IMG/VR virus record: IMGVR_UViG_3300033047_000016
Reading direction: 5' to 3' (one strand)
Length of the DNA stretch: 64,000 bases
DNA from: a virus
Shown here: piece after piece, positions 45,411 to 53,459 of the stretch
How the letters are laid out: each line of letters starts with the position of its first letter
How positions within the stretch are numbered: position 1 is the first letter of the stretch
Program-made: the position numbers and the translations under genes
The notes under the pieces: model-generated
Told to the model about the DNA's origin: nothing
What the model saw: the letters and a program-made list of their open reading frames with translations, nothing else
The model's database searches: none

Positions 45411-45797
45411 TCAGGCGGCGCGGGCGCTTGCGCCCATCGCCTCCACATAGCGGGCGATGTTTTCGCCCTTGTGGATACCATTGCAGAACAGGAAAAATTC
45501 CACATCATCGGCACGGGTTGTCAGCCCTTCCCCGTCCAGTTCCCACCGCAAGGCGGTTTCAAAGGAAACGCCAAACGACTCCGCGTGCGTATCAAGGCGA
45601 TCATTCAGGGCGACCAGTGCCGCGCGCTCTTGCACGTCCGCGTCACGCATCACGTGCACAAGGTCAGTGCACAAGGCGTTAAACTCGCGCACCTGTTGTA
45701 GGGTTGTCAGTGCGTCCCAGCGGTTGCCGTCTACAGGGCGCACACCGTGCACATCTTTGTGCAGGTCGCTGTAAGTTCCGAAGTCAATCCGTTCCAT
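45411..45797 (-). CDS. Early hypothetical protein (YSDLHKDVHGVRP)
   Basis: Conserved-looking SDL.KD..G.RP motif; RBS AAGGAA. Confidence 0.7.
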   Translation of the reverse strand: MERIDFGTYSDLHKDVHGVRPVDGNRWDALTTLQQVREFNALCTDLVHVMRDADVQERAALVALNDRLDTHAESFGVSFETALRWELDGEGLTTRADDVEFFLFCNGIHKGENIARYVEAMGASARAA

Positions 45798-45870
45798 TGT
45801 CTCAGTTCCTTGGTTTGTGTTTCCGATAACCCTTTGTCGCATGACAGGCGATTCGGGTCAAGCGAATAAG

Positions 45871-46062
45871 TTTAGCAGAATGTAAATATTGTTCTTGACC
45901 ATTGCCACCGAATCGCCTATTCTGATTATGAGGTCAGGAACACCGGGTGCGGTTAGTAGGGGACGGGTTGGGAGTGCGGAGTCCGCCCTTTAAAAAAAAG
46001 GAACAAACAAGGAGCAAAACGTGAACAAATAGGGAACGATAAAAAGAGAACAAAACGTGAAC
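45871..46062 (+). repeat. Module copy 1: upstream motif + promoter + G-rich ~60-nt element + LexA boxes
   Basis: TTGACC-17-TATTCT; GAGGTCAGGAACACCGG...GGGACGGGTTGGGAGTGCGGAGTCCG; GAAC at 46001, 46023, 46034, 46048, 46059. Confidence 0.75.
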
Positions 46063-46118
46063 ACTTTGAGGCAAAGAAAAGGCGCGCCGGTTAAGGCGCG
46101 CCTGATTTGTTGCGGGTT

Positions 46119-47018
46119 CTACTTCCCCTTAAACCCCGCAAGGCTCTCTGCAAGGGTCCACAGGTCGCGGTTAAGCTTAGCCGCGCCACCTATACCCGTG
46201 ACGGCTTGCACCTTGGCACGGCGCGCCTTGCCGTTGCTTCCAGTGATCCAGCCGCGTTGTCCGCCCTTGATGCAATTTTCTTGCACAATATTCAAGGCGT
46301 GCCACAGGGTGTTATGGCGATCCTCGGAACGGCGCGCCCGCAACAAGTCCAGCGGTTGAACCGCCGCGCGGGTTTCATTCAAAACCGGGCGTTCATCCGA
46401 GTCCAGATCATACGCCGCCGGGAACCGCAACAAGTGAGCGGCGCGGGCGTAAATCATCGCCTCGTCACGGTCCAGCCGGATTGCCTTGAATTCATCAATT
46501 TGTGCCAGCACGCGGGGGGCCATTTCAAGGATTGTTTCCGCGCCATCTTTCACCGACTCGATCACACCCTTGCCATTGTGACGGACACTTACCGGCGCGA
46601 AGGTGTCGCCAGTGAAAAGGCCATTGAGGCAAACAAAGCGAAACACGCCAGCGATCATTTTATAAGCGCTTGTGCCGTCGTTTGCATTGGTAAGGATGAT
46701 TTCAAAGGCGCGGCCCTCTGTATTGGTAAGGGAACGGTGACGCAAGCGCAGCATGTGCCGGGTAAACCGTTCCTTGCCTTCAATGCGGGTCCGCGCCTGT
46801 TGTGCGTATACCGGTTGAAAGTCAGCCGCGCGCAGTGCTGTAAGCACCTTGCAAGTGGCGATAGGCACAAAGCGGTCAGACCGCGACTTATGCGCCTCAG
46901 TGGCAAACAGAGCCGGAACCGCCGCCGCCAGTTCAGAGTCTGACAAAGGAGTCACGCCGTCAGGGGATGCAATCGCGCCACCGTTTGACATTCCGTTCAT
47001 GAAGCGAGTGTAAGACAT
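46119..47018 (-). CDS. DUF932-family protein
   Basis: P..FA...H.SRS.RF..I.T, F.RH.LRLR, EIIL.N.NDG.SAY...AG.FR.VC.NGL, LW...N.VQEN..KGG. Confidence 0.9.
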   Translation of the reverse strand: MSYTRFMNGMSNGGAIASPDGVTPLSDSELAAAVPALFATEAHKSRSDRFVPIATCKVLTALRAADFQPVYAQQARTRIEGKERFTRHMLRLRHRSLTNTEGRAFEIILTNANDGTSAYKMIAGVFRFVCLNGLFTGDTFAPVSVRHNGKGVIESVKDGAETILEMAPRVLAQIDEFKAIRLDRDEAMIYARAAHLLRFPAAYDLDSDERPVLNETRAAVQPLDLLRARRSEDRHNTLWHALNIVQENCIKGGQRGWITGSNGKARRAKVQAVTGIGGAAKLNRDLWTLAESLAGFKGK

Positions 47019-47280
47019 TTTATATTCCTTTTTGTTTGGGCTGGCGTTTTGCCTTCCCTACAATCTTTATTGCATAGGCCAAAGTGATTCGCAAGATTTA
47101 AATTGCGTCAAGCTAAAGTTTTCTTTCTACTGAACACTCTTTAGCAAAGTTAATTTTGTGGGTTGACAGCACCTGATTCGGTTTGGTATAATGGATTGAC
47201 GACGTATGCGCACACGGCGAATCGTTATAGGTCGTCAGTCCATTTTAGCACAACGAATCAAGTGCGGTCAAGTAAATAAG

Positions 47281-47449
47281 TTTAGCAGAATGTTAATTTT
47301 GTTCTTGACTGCCAGCCCCAAATCACTGTAATCTAAATGTGAGGTCAGGAACACCGGATGCGGTTAGTAGGGGACGGGTTGGGAGTGCGGAGTCCGTTCT
47401 CTTTTTTTTTGGCGGGCAAAAAGAACAAAACGTGAACACTTTGCTGAAC
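47281..47449 (+). repeat. Module copy 2 (promoter + G-rich element + T-tract + LexA box)
   Basis: TTGACT-17-TAATCT; element 47341-47396; GAAC 47423/47434. Confidence 0.75.
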
Positions 47450-47485
47450 AAAAAAGCCCGCGTTAGCGGGCCGATTCGTTCTGTT

Positions 47486-47785
47486 TCAGATGTTAACCAC
47501 CCTGTCAAGGTTAAAGGAAAAGCCAAACTTTTCCGGGCGCGTGTTGTGAAAAAACACGTTGCCGTGATGGGCCAGCGCCTGCCGCGCGTTTTCTGAGCGC
47601 TTGAGGGATTCGGGCGTCGCCTTTGGGCCTGCCGAGCCACCTACAAGCCGCTTGTAAACCTTTGGCATGCCGGTGCGTCGCACCACATCGCCGTTCTTTT
47701 TGGCGAAAACCACTGTGGTGATTTTTGCGCCGCGTTTTGCCAGCTTGGCTTGGACGGTCGCGCGGGGGAGAAATTCGGTTTTCAT
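47486..47785 (-). CDS. Small basic early protein (WYL_2/SH3-like, V.F.KKNG.V.R)
   Basis: TVVFAKKNGD.....G...FSF.LDRV. Confidence 0.6.
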   Translation of the reverse strand: MKTEFLPRATVQAKLAKRGAKITTVVFAKKNGDVVRRTGMPKVYKRLVGGSAGPKATPESLKRSENARQALAHHGNVFFHNTRPEKFGFSFNLDRVVNI

Positions 47786-48172
47786 GTTGTTCCCTTTCCG
47801 GGGGTTGCGGGTTGGCTTGTTTGCCTTCCCTATATCTTTGATAGCATAAGCAAAATGATTCGCATAGAGCTAATTTCACTTATGCTAAAGTTTTTTCACT
47901 TAAGCCTTCCAGCCTTTCCCGCCTTCAAATTCGCGCCGATTCCCTTTGGCGCGCCGCGCGGCCTTGTGCTGTTCTTTGGCACTGTGGCGGTCGCGAGTCT
48001 TGTCGCGGTTAGTTGATTCATCTTGCTGAGTCCGTTGCTCAAATTTTGGCTGTTTCATCTTTTCTTTCCCTTCAGATTGGCAGGGGAATCATCCCCCGCC
48101 TTGTTTCAAAAATGCCCTAAAACTACATATAAGGCAAGCAATAATAAAATGAGTCCTATAGCGATTCCTTTC

Positions 48173-48919
48173 CTAGTTTGCGCGCCGCTCAAACGCCGCG
48201 ACCTTGCTTGTCATTCCATGCGCGGGAATAAAAACGCTTGCCCGATTCGGGCTGGACAATCCACCGCAGGCAAGGCACGCCGCGCAATTTGTTTTTGCGC
48301 CCGCCTCTTTTGACGCTGGACAAAGGAATTCGCCTTTAACAAGCGACTCCGCCTTTGTGCCGACGCGAAAGGTTCGATACCCCAACGCTTGCGCCCATTG
48401 CGACTCGTGCACGTTGTCAGCGCTTGCCATACAATAGCGCGCAAAGCGTGAATCGCATTCTTTCCACTGGTGAGTGTAACCCGTACCGCGCGCCGCAAGT
48501 TTAAGGATACGGTCCCAAACATGGAACGGGACCGCCGCAGGGTCACCATAAGCGCCGAGTCGAACGTTGCGACCCGCCAGCAAGGCTTGCGCGTTATCCC
48601 GCTTTATACGCTTGTAAACGCCGCGTTTTGCCGTGCCAAAGATATTCAAAGGCGCTTGAAAAATTGTCACGTAACAGGACCGCCCCACGTTTTTACCGTC
48701 CACAATTGTGCCCCGATGTGGACACGCGCCGCAGATGCTGGCATCCTCGCCAGTTTGGACCGCCGTTGTTGGTTTCACGTCTGCCCGAAGAATCCAAGTC
48801 TGAACCAGATTGCCCGTTTTTGCGTTAGTCGATCCCGTTTTGAGACCGGTCGCAATCAACATAATAGGCGCGCCGTCAATCCGACTCTTGCCTTCCCAAA
48901 GTATTGCACCGTTTGCCAT
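48173..48919 (-). CDS. Conserved Cys-rich phage protein (gp88-like)
   Basis: N.KTG.LVQTWIL, ICG.CPHR, CYV, VRLG.YGDPA, GYTHQW, MASAD, C..C.AC. Confidence 0.75.
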   Translation of the reverse strand: MANGAILWEGKSRIDGAPIMLIATGLKTGSTNAKTGNLVQTWILRADVKPTTAVQTGEDASICGACPHRGTIVDGKNVGRSCYVTIFQAPLNIFGTAKRGVYKRIKRDNAQALLAGRNVRLGAYGDPAAVPFHVWDRILKLAARGTGYTHQWKECDSRFARYCMASADNVHESQWAQALGYRTFRVGTKAESLVKGEFLCPASKEAGAKTNCAACLACGGLSSPNRASVFIPAHGMTSKVAAFERRAN

Positions 48920-49067
48920 TTTGTATTCCTTTCAAGAATAGCGTTTCGATGATTCGTTTATTGCATATCCTGAAAAGTATAGCAAGGAAAACTTTGCGCT
49001 TGCTATACTTTCCCCTATATGCTAGAAACGAATCAAGTTAACCGGCTAACAGGGAAGGACCCGCGCC

Positions 49068-49232
49068 ATGGAAAACTTTACTACTCTTCACAATGCGAGC
49101 GATGCAGACATATGCGCGTATTTCGATACGTTGCCGAATCTGACTGTCATGGAATTGGCGCGCCGCACTGGTAAGACTGTTCAGGAAGTCAAGCGGATTC
49201 TGATCCCAAAAAATTCAAGGGGGGAGTCGTGA
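49068..49232 (+). CDS. Small HTH-like protein, 54 aa
   Basis: LTVMELARRTGKTVQEVKRIL; AAGGA RBS; divergent promoter. Confidence 0.6.
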   Translation: MENFTTLHNASDADICAYFDTLPNLTVMELARRTGKTVQEVKRILIPKNSRGES

Positions 49233-49426
49233 TGAAACCACTTTTTTACGACGTCCCTTGTGTCAATCATGTGTCGGAAAAAACCGGCATGCTGTATATG
49301 ATTTTTGACTGCCCATTTGCCGCGATGTCTTTTGCCGCGCGCAATGGGTTGCTGGTCAATCGTCGCCAATGGGATTCAGGTATTTTTGCCCGCACGCGAA
49401 TCGGTGATCTTAGGGGCGTTTACTGA
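49229..49426 (+). CDS. Small hypothetical protein
   Basis: Coupled to upstream ORF. Confidence 0.5.
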   Translation: MMKPLFYDVPCVNHVSEKTGMLYMIFDCPFAAMSFAARNGLLVNRRQWDSGIFARTRIGDLRGVY

Positions 49427-49581
49427 TGGCGCGCCCTATTGAATTGTCAAGTCATTACCAAAAAGGATTCCGTGACGCGTCGCGGGGTTCTTTTTATGAT
49501 CCGCCCTATTGCGGACACATTCAAAAAGAGGAATACCTTGCCGGGTTCGATGCAGCTAGAAACAATTTAGCAGAATGCTAA
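49426..49581 (+). CDS. Small protein with RMF-like pattern, 51 aa
   Basis: YQKGFRDASRG...PPY......EEYLAGF. Confidence 0.45.
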   Translation: MARPIELSSHYQKGFRDASRGSFYDPPYCGHIQKEEYLAGFDAARNNLAEC

Positions 49582-49776
49582 TTTTGTTCTTGACAGCCCG
49601 CCCCGAATCACTGTAATCTGAATGTGAGGTCAGGAAAGGCGCGCCGCCCGCGCCCGGTACGGGACGGTTTAGGAGTGCGGAATCTGTTCTCGAAAACAAA
49701 AGAACAAAAGGGGAACAAACCGTGAACAAAAGGTGAACAGAACAAAAGGGGAACAAACCGTGAACAAATGGTGAAC
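49566..49776 (+). repeat. Module copy 3 with six perfect LexA boxes
   Basis: TTGACA-17-TAATCT; element 49626-49686; GAAC at 49702, 49713, 49724, 49735 and 49740, 49751, 49762, 49773. Confidence 0.8.
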
Positions 49777-49837
49777 AGATTTCTAACCTTCGTGTGTGTC
49801 AAATCCGCAACAGTTGCATTCTCTCCAGAAAAATCGT

Positions 49838-50038
49838 CAGGAATCAAAAACGGCGAATCGTCTAAATAAAAATGACGACTCGTCAAAACCGTCGCGCGTC
49901 AAAACGACGACGCGTCAAAACAAAAACGACGACGCGTCAAAACAAAAACGGCGAATCGTCAAAACAAAAACGCGAGAGAGTCAAAACAAAAATGAGTGAT
50001 CGTCAAAAGAAAAATGCTCTCCCGTCAAAACGAATCAC
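49838..50038. repeat. 22-bp-period iteron-like array (GTCAAAACAAAAACG...)
   Basis: GTCAAAA at 49914, 49936, 49958, 49980, 50002, 50024 (exact 22-bp spacing) plus 49882 and 49898. Confidence 0.85.
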
Positions 50039-50290
50039 CCTCACCACCAGCCGAATCAGTCCAGCACATCGCCCGCTACGCGGGCCTTCAGCAGTACACA
50101 CTCAGATGCGTGCTTCGCACCCACCTTCGTCAGTGTTGGTAACCCGCAAACCAATAGCTCAGCAAACAGCCGAGCACACCGCAAGCAACCCTCTGGCTTG
50201 TCAGAGCAACCGATCAGCCTAAGAACTGAACAGCAGGATAACCTAACAAGTGAGCACGTTGATACTGTCCCGCGTCAGCGGGCACGTTGA

Positions 50291-50689
50291 TCACATGTCG
50301 TCGTCGTGTTGCCACGATGGGTGCCTGTTCGGATGGTACTTTGAATTGTAGTGTGGGAGCCAGTCAGCGTCAGTCGATGGGAGCCATTTGTATGGCCTCA
50401 CATGCTTGTACTTTTTTGGCCTGACGATGGCTTCACGCTGTACCAAGAGCACCATCAAGGCAATGTGCTTGGGTATCGCCGCATAGCCGTTGCAATAGCG
50501 TTCAACAGTGGCCCTGTTCAGCCCTGCATATCTATGGAATTCTTTGATGCCCTGCTTAGGTCCCCAGATGCTTTCGATGATCGCGTGCATGTCTTCAGGC
50601 CACATGTATCCGATCTTGCGACCACGTGAGTCTGTGATCCACCAATCAGCGCGTGGGGCTTCTTTTGTCTGGTCGAGTTTAAATGACAT
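50291..50689 (-). CDS. HTH-containing hypothetical protein
   Basis: EF.RYAGLNRATVERY.NG..AIPK.IAL. Confidence 0.6.
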   Translation of the reverse strand: MSFKLDQTKEAPRADWWITDSRGRKIGYMWPEDMHAIIESIWGPKQGIKEFHRYAGLNRATVERYCNGYAAIPKHIALMVLLVQREAIVRPKKYKHVRPYKWLPSTDADWLPHYNSKYHPNRHPSWQHDDDM

Positions 50690-50808
50690 CGGGGTATCCC
50701 TTAAGGTCGAGAACTGATCACAACTGATCATATATGCACAGTTAAAGCGCGTTAGCGCTCATATCTGCATGGTTATGGTTCTATAGCATGAATCTTTATA
50801 GCAATCAA

Positions 50809-50980
50809 GACCCCAAGCCCTCTCCGATTCGGTAGGGTCCCCGCCCCTTCTTCGATTCGTATGGGTCCCTCTGCTGATTCGTTTTTATACCCAAGCCCTC
50901 TTTGATTCGGATGGGTCCCCCTCATGTCAATACCCCAAGCCCGATTCGTTTATTATGGGTCCCTGCGGTGATTCGTTTTA
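50809..50980. repeat. Interspersed repeats ACCCCAAGCCC / GATTCG / ATGGGTCCC
   Basis: 3 CCCAAGCCC, 6 GATTCG and 4 GGGTCCC copies in 170 bp. Confidence 0.75.
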
Positions 50981-51553
50981 GGTGGGGTGGGTAATTATGT
51001 TGCGTACTTATTGACAGTGTTAAGCGATTGTTAGGCGCGTTAGCGCCCCTTAATTCACTGTTTTTCGTGTAGTTGTGCTATTTTCAGGGAAATGTCACAT
51101 CTTTTTGAGTTTTGTGACATTTTATATTGTGTTAAATCAATGGTTTACAGGAGGGGGTGATTCGGGTACGGTGATTCGTGCCACTTCATGGTTTTTCATG
51201 GTACTGCCTGATAAAATGTCACAACATATACATCCTGACAAAAACACGTAAAAGTGTCAGAGATTATTCTCATGTGATAAATTGGCCACAGCCTACCGAT
51301 TCGTTACCGATTCTTACGCAAGTGATTCGAACGACGATTCGCTCGCGCCCGGTGTTTAAAGTGGTCTTTGCAAAGTCAGCGAATGCTACTCCAAGCAAAT
51401 TGCAAACCTGCAAACCCTGCCGAACTCGTCAGTTCAAGGGCCAGAATAGCGTCGTCCAGCGCCTCACTCTTGGTGTCTCTGCGCGGTCCAAAGAACAGCC
51501 GTCCGTACACAGTCCCATAGTACCCAAGGGGACCAGCGACGATTATGATTGGA

Positions 51554-52213
51554 TCAGTTTGCATTGTACTTCCTTATGTTAATTTTACTGTTGGTGCGAT
51601 GTCCTGCCGTGCCAAAGGCTTCATGGAAAGACGTCCACGCATTATCCTCTGTCGGTGCCGGGTCGAAGGTCCAACCAATAGAGTCGTACGTCTCACACAC
51701 CCGCTTAACAATAGCCACTTTTGGCATCGCGTGGCCTTTTGTGCCATTGCATTTTTTACAAGATGGCATGAGGTTGTCGCGCAGTCCAAATCCCAGATGC
51801 CGGGGGAATACGTGATCCACGGTTACGCTGTTGAAGGGTACCTTATTACCACAAATGTAGCACGTCTCATCTGCTGCCTGCCATAGCTTCCATACAGTGG
51901 CGCGGCGGTATGTGCGCTGACGATATTTTTGATATTGACGCTTACTGGCGGCGCAATATGTGATCAAGCTTTTCAACGTCTTCGGTATGGTGTCCCACTG
52001 ATCCAGTGGAACCTCAAACCTCACACACATTTCCCGAACTCGACGGGGTAGCCATTGTAAATTCGGTTGGGTCCCTTGCTTATCATCCTGCATCGAAGTC
52101 AGCCTTTTTGATATCAGTTCCTCGAATGTCCATTGCGTATTTTCCTTTCTGTGATGGTCTCGTTTCGAATGTTTGGGGTGGTTGTTGCTTCCTTGTCCTG
52201 ACAGTTTTCGCAC
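51554..52213 (-). CDS. HNH endonuclease
   Basis: CYICG.....TVDHVFPR..G....DNL..SC..CN..KG. Confidence 0.82.
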   Translation of the reverse strand: MRKLSGQGSNNHPKHSKRDHHRKENTQWTFEELISKRLTSMQDDKQGTQPNLQWLPRRVREMCVRFEVPLDQWDTIPKTLKSLITYCAASKRQYQKYRQRTYRRATVWKLWQAADETCYICGNKVPFNSVTVDHVFPRHLGFGLRDNLMPSCKKCNGTKGHAMPKVAIVKRVCETYDSIGWTFDPAPTEDNAWTSFHEAFGTAGHRTNSKINIRKYNAN

Positions 52214-52289
52214 AGGGAACTCTCGGCCCAGTTGGCAAATCTACCACACAAGACACATGAATCCTCGTTGTCGAGGTCGCGCCAGTCGC

Positions 52290-52685
52290 TCATTTTTGTG
52301 CCTCACCAGCATATATAGGTGCCATGACAGCATCAAACAAATTTTGTGCGGCGATAGGACTACACTCAAATTGACTTTTCACCACCTTCGTTAAGTGCAT
52401 ATGAATGGTCTGAGTTGCTCCAAATGTCTCCAACATGTCTTTGACGTGGTCGCAGCGATTGTCGGGTCCCTCAAGGATGATGTGGTCAACCATCTTAGCC
52501 TTGGCGGCGTGGACCGTTGCAACAACCATCATCTGGGCCTGCATGGAGCCGCCGGTAAACGTGGCAAGCACTGTCTTGTGTCCACGATAGTTAGAGAACT
52601 CAACTACCCAGAGAGCTTCGTCGTACTTCATTGTGATGAGTGATGGTGTTGTCATTGTGTGACCTCCGTTTGTTTCGATAGCCAA
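52290..52685 (-). CDS. Hypothetical protein
   Basis: GGAGG RBS before MTTPSL (52655). Confidence 0.65.
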   Translation of the reverse strand: MAIETNGGHTMTTPSLITMKYDEALWVVEFSNYRGHKTVLATFTGGSMQAQMMVVATVHAAKAKMVDHIILEGPDNRCDHVKDMLETFGATQTIHMHLTKVVKSQFECSPIAAQNLFDAVMAPIYAGEAQK

Positions 52686-52902
52686 TACATAAGGTAGATG
52701 AGTGTGCTTTGCAAGAATAAAATGCGCACATTGCTAAACTTTCTGCATAGGGCAGGAAAAAAGGCCCGCCGTGAGGCGAGCCAGTTTGGAGGGTAGGAAT
52801 TTATACAATAGAAGAAATAAGCAACAACGCAATACCTAAGCGGTTGACATAGGCAAATAAATGACTAAGTATGACTCAACCGAAATGAGTGGGAGGTGAA
52901 CC

Positions 52903-53445
52903 ATGTCGATTGATCAAGGCCATATAGTGCTGTTCTTACGAGGATTGGCTCCGCATCCTACCGGGTACATCTTTGATGAAATCGTCAACTTTGAGTGGGG
53001 AGAGTTCGAGCGGCGTCACAACATGATCCAATGGCTGTTCCCTACCATGCACGCGTCAACATGTCAGACCAACACTCCGGTAATGTCTTGGAGTACGGTG
53101 GCCGCAATCCGCGCCGACCTGACAGCACAGGAAAATATCAAGCGCGCAACTACGTACATGTCGCGGTTTTACTTTCTACATCAGGACTTGTGGCTGTGTG
53201 AAAATGATCACAACCACCTGCGTATCACCCGCATCATCGAGAGTTTGTCACTGTTGCGCATCCCTTCGGACGCCGCTAAGTTCTACCGATCTAGATGTCT
53301 GATGAATTTGAATGCAGGTAACCCGGTCAACGAGATAAGCCAGAACTACTGGAGTGAAGCGTTGCAATATAGCAACAGTTTGGAGGATGCCCACGAGGAT
53401 TACCTCTTGTCGCAAGCCCCATCTTCATGCCCAAGCCTATTTTGA
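52903..53445 (+). CDS. OGFr (opioid growth factor receptor conserved region)-domain protein
   Basis: E..H..IQWLFP, F..FY, DHNHLRITRII.SL; GGAGG RBS; own promoter. Confidence 0.85.
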   Translation: MSIDQGHIVLFLRGLAPHPTGYIFDEIVNFEWGEFERRHNMIQWLFPTMHASTCQTNTPVMSWSTVAAIRADLTAQENIKRATTYMSRFYFLHQDLWLCENDHNHLRITRIIESLSLLRIPSDAAKFYRSRCLMNLNAGNPVNEISQNYWSEALQYSNSLEDAHEDYLLSQAPSSCPSLF

Positions 53446-53459
53446 TTCTGATGGGTCCC

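Noticed and set aside
43280-50038. CRISPR or mini-CRISPR array interpretation of the short repeats
   Set aside because: Repeats are 4-bp cores at 11-bp period or 22-bp tandem units, with no 25-45-bp repeat and unique-spacer alternation and no cas genes.
49556-50222. ORFs 49556-49756, 49608-49886, 49796-49999 and 49872-50222
   Set aside because: By-products of stop-poor repeat arrays.
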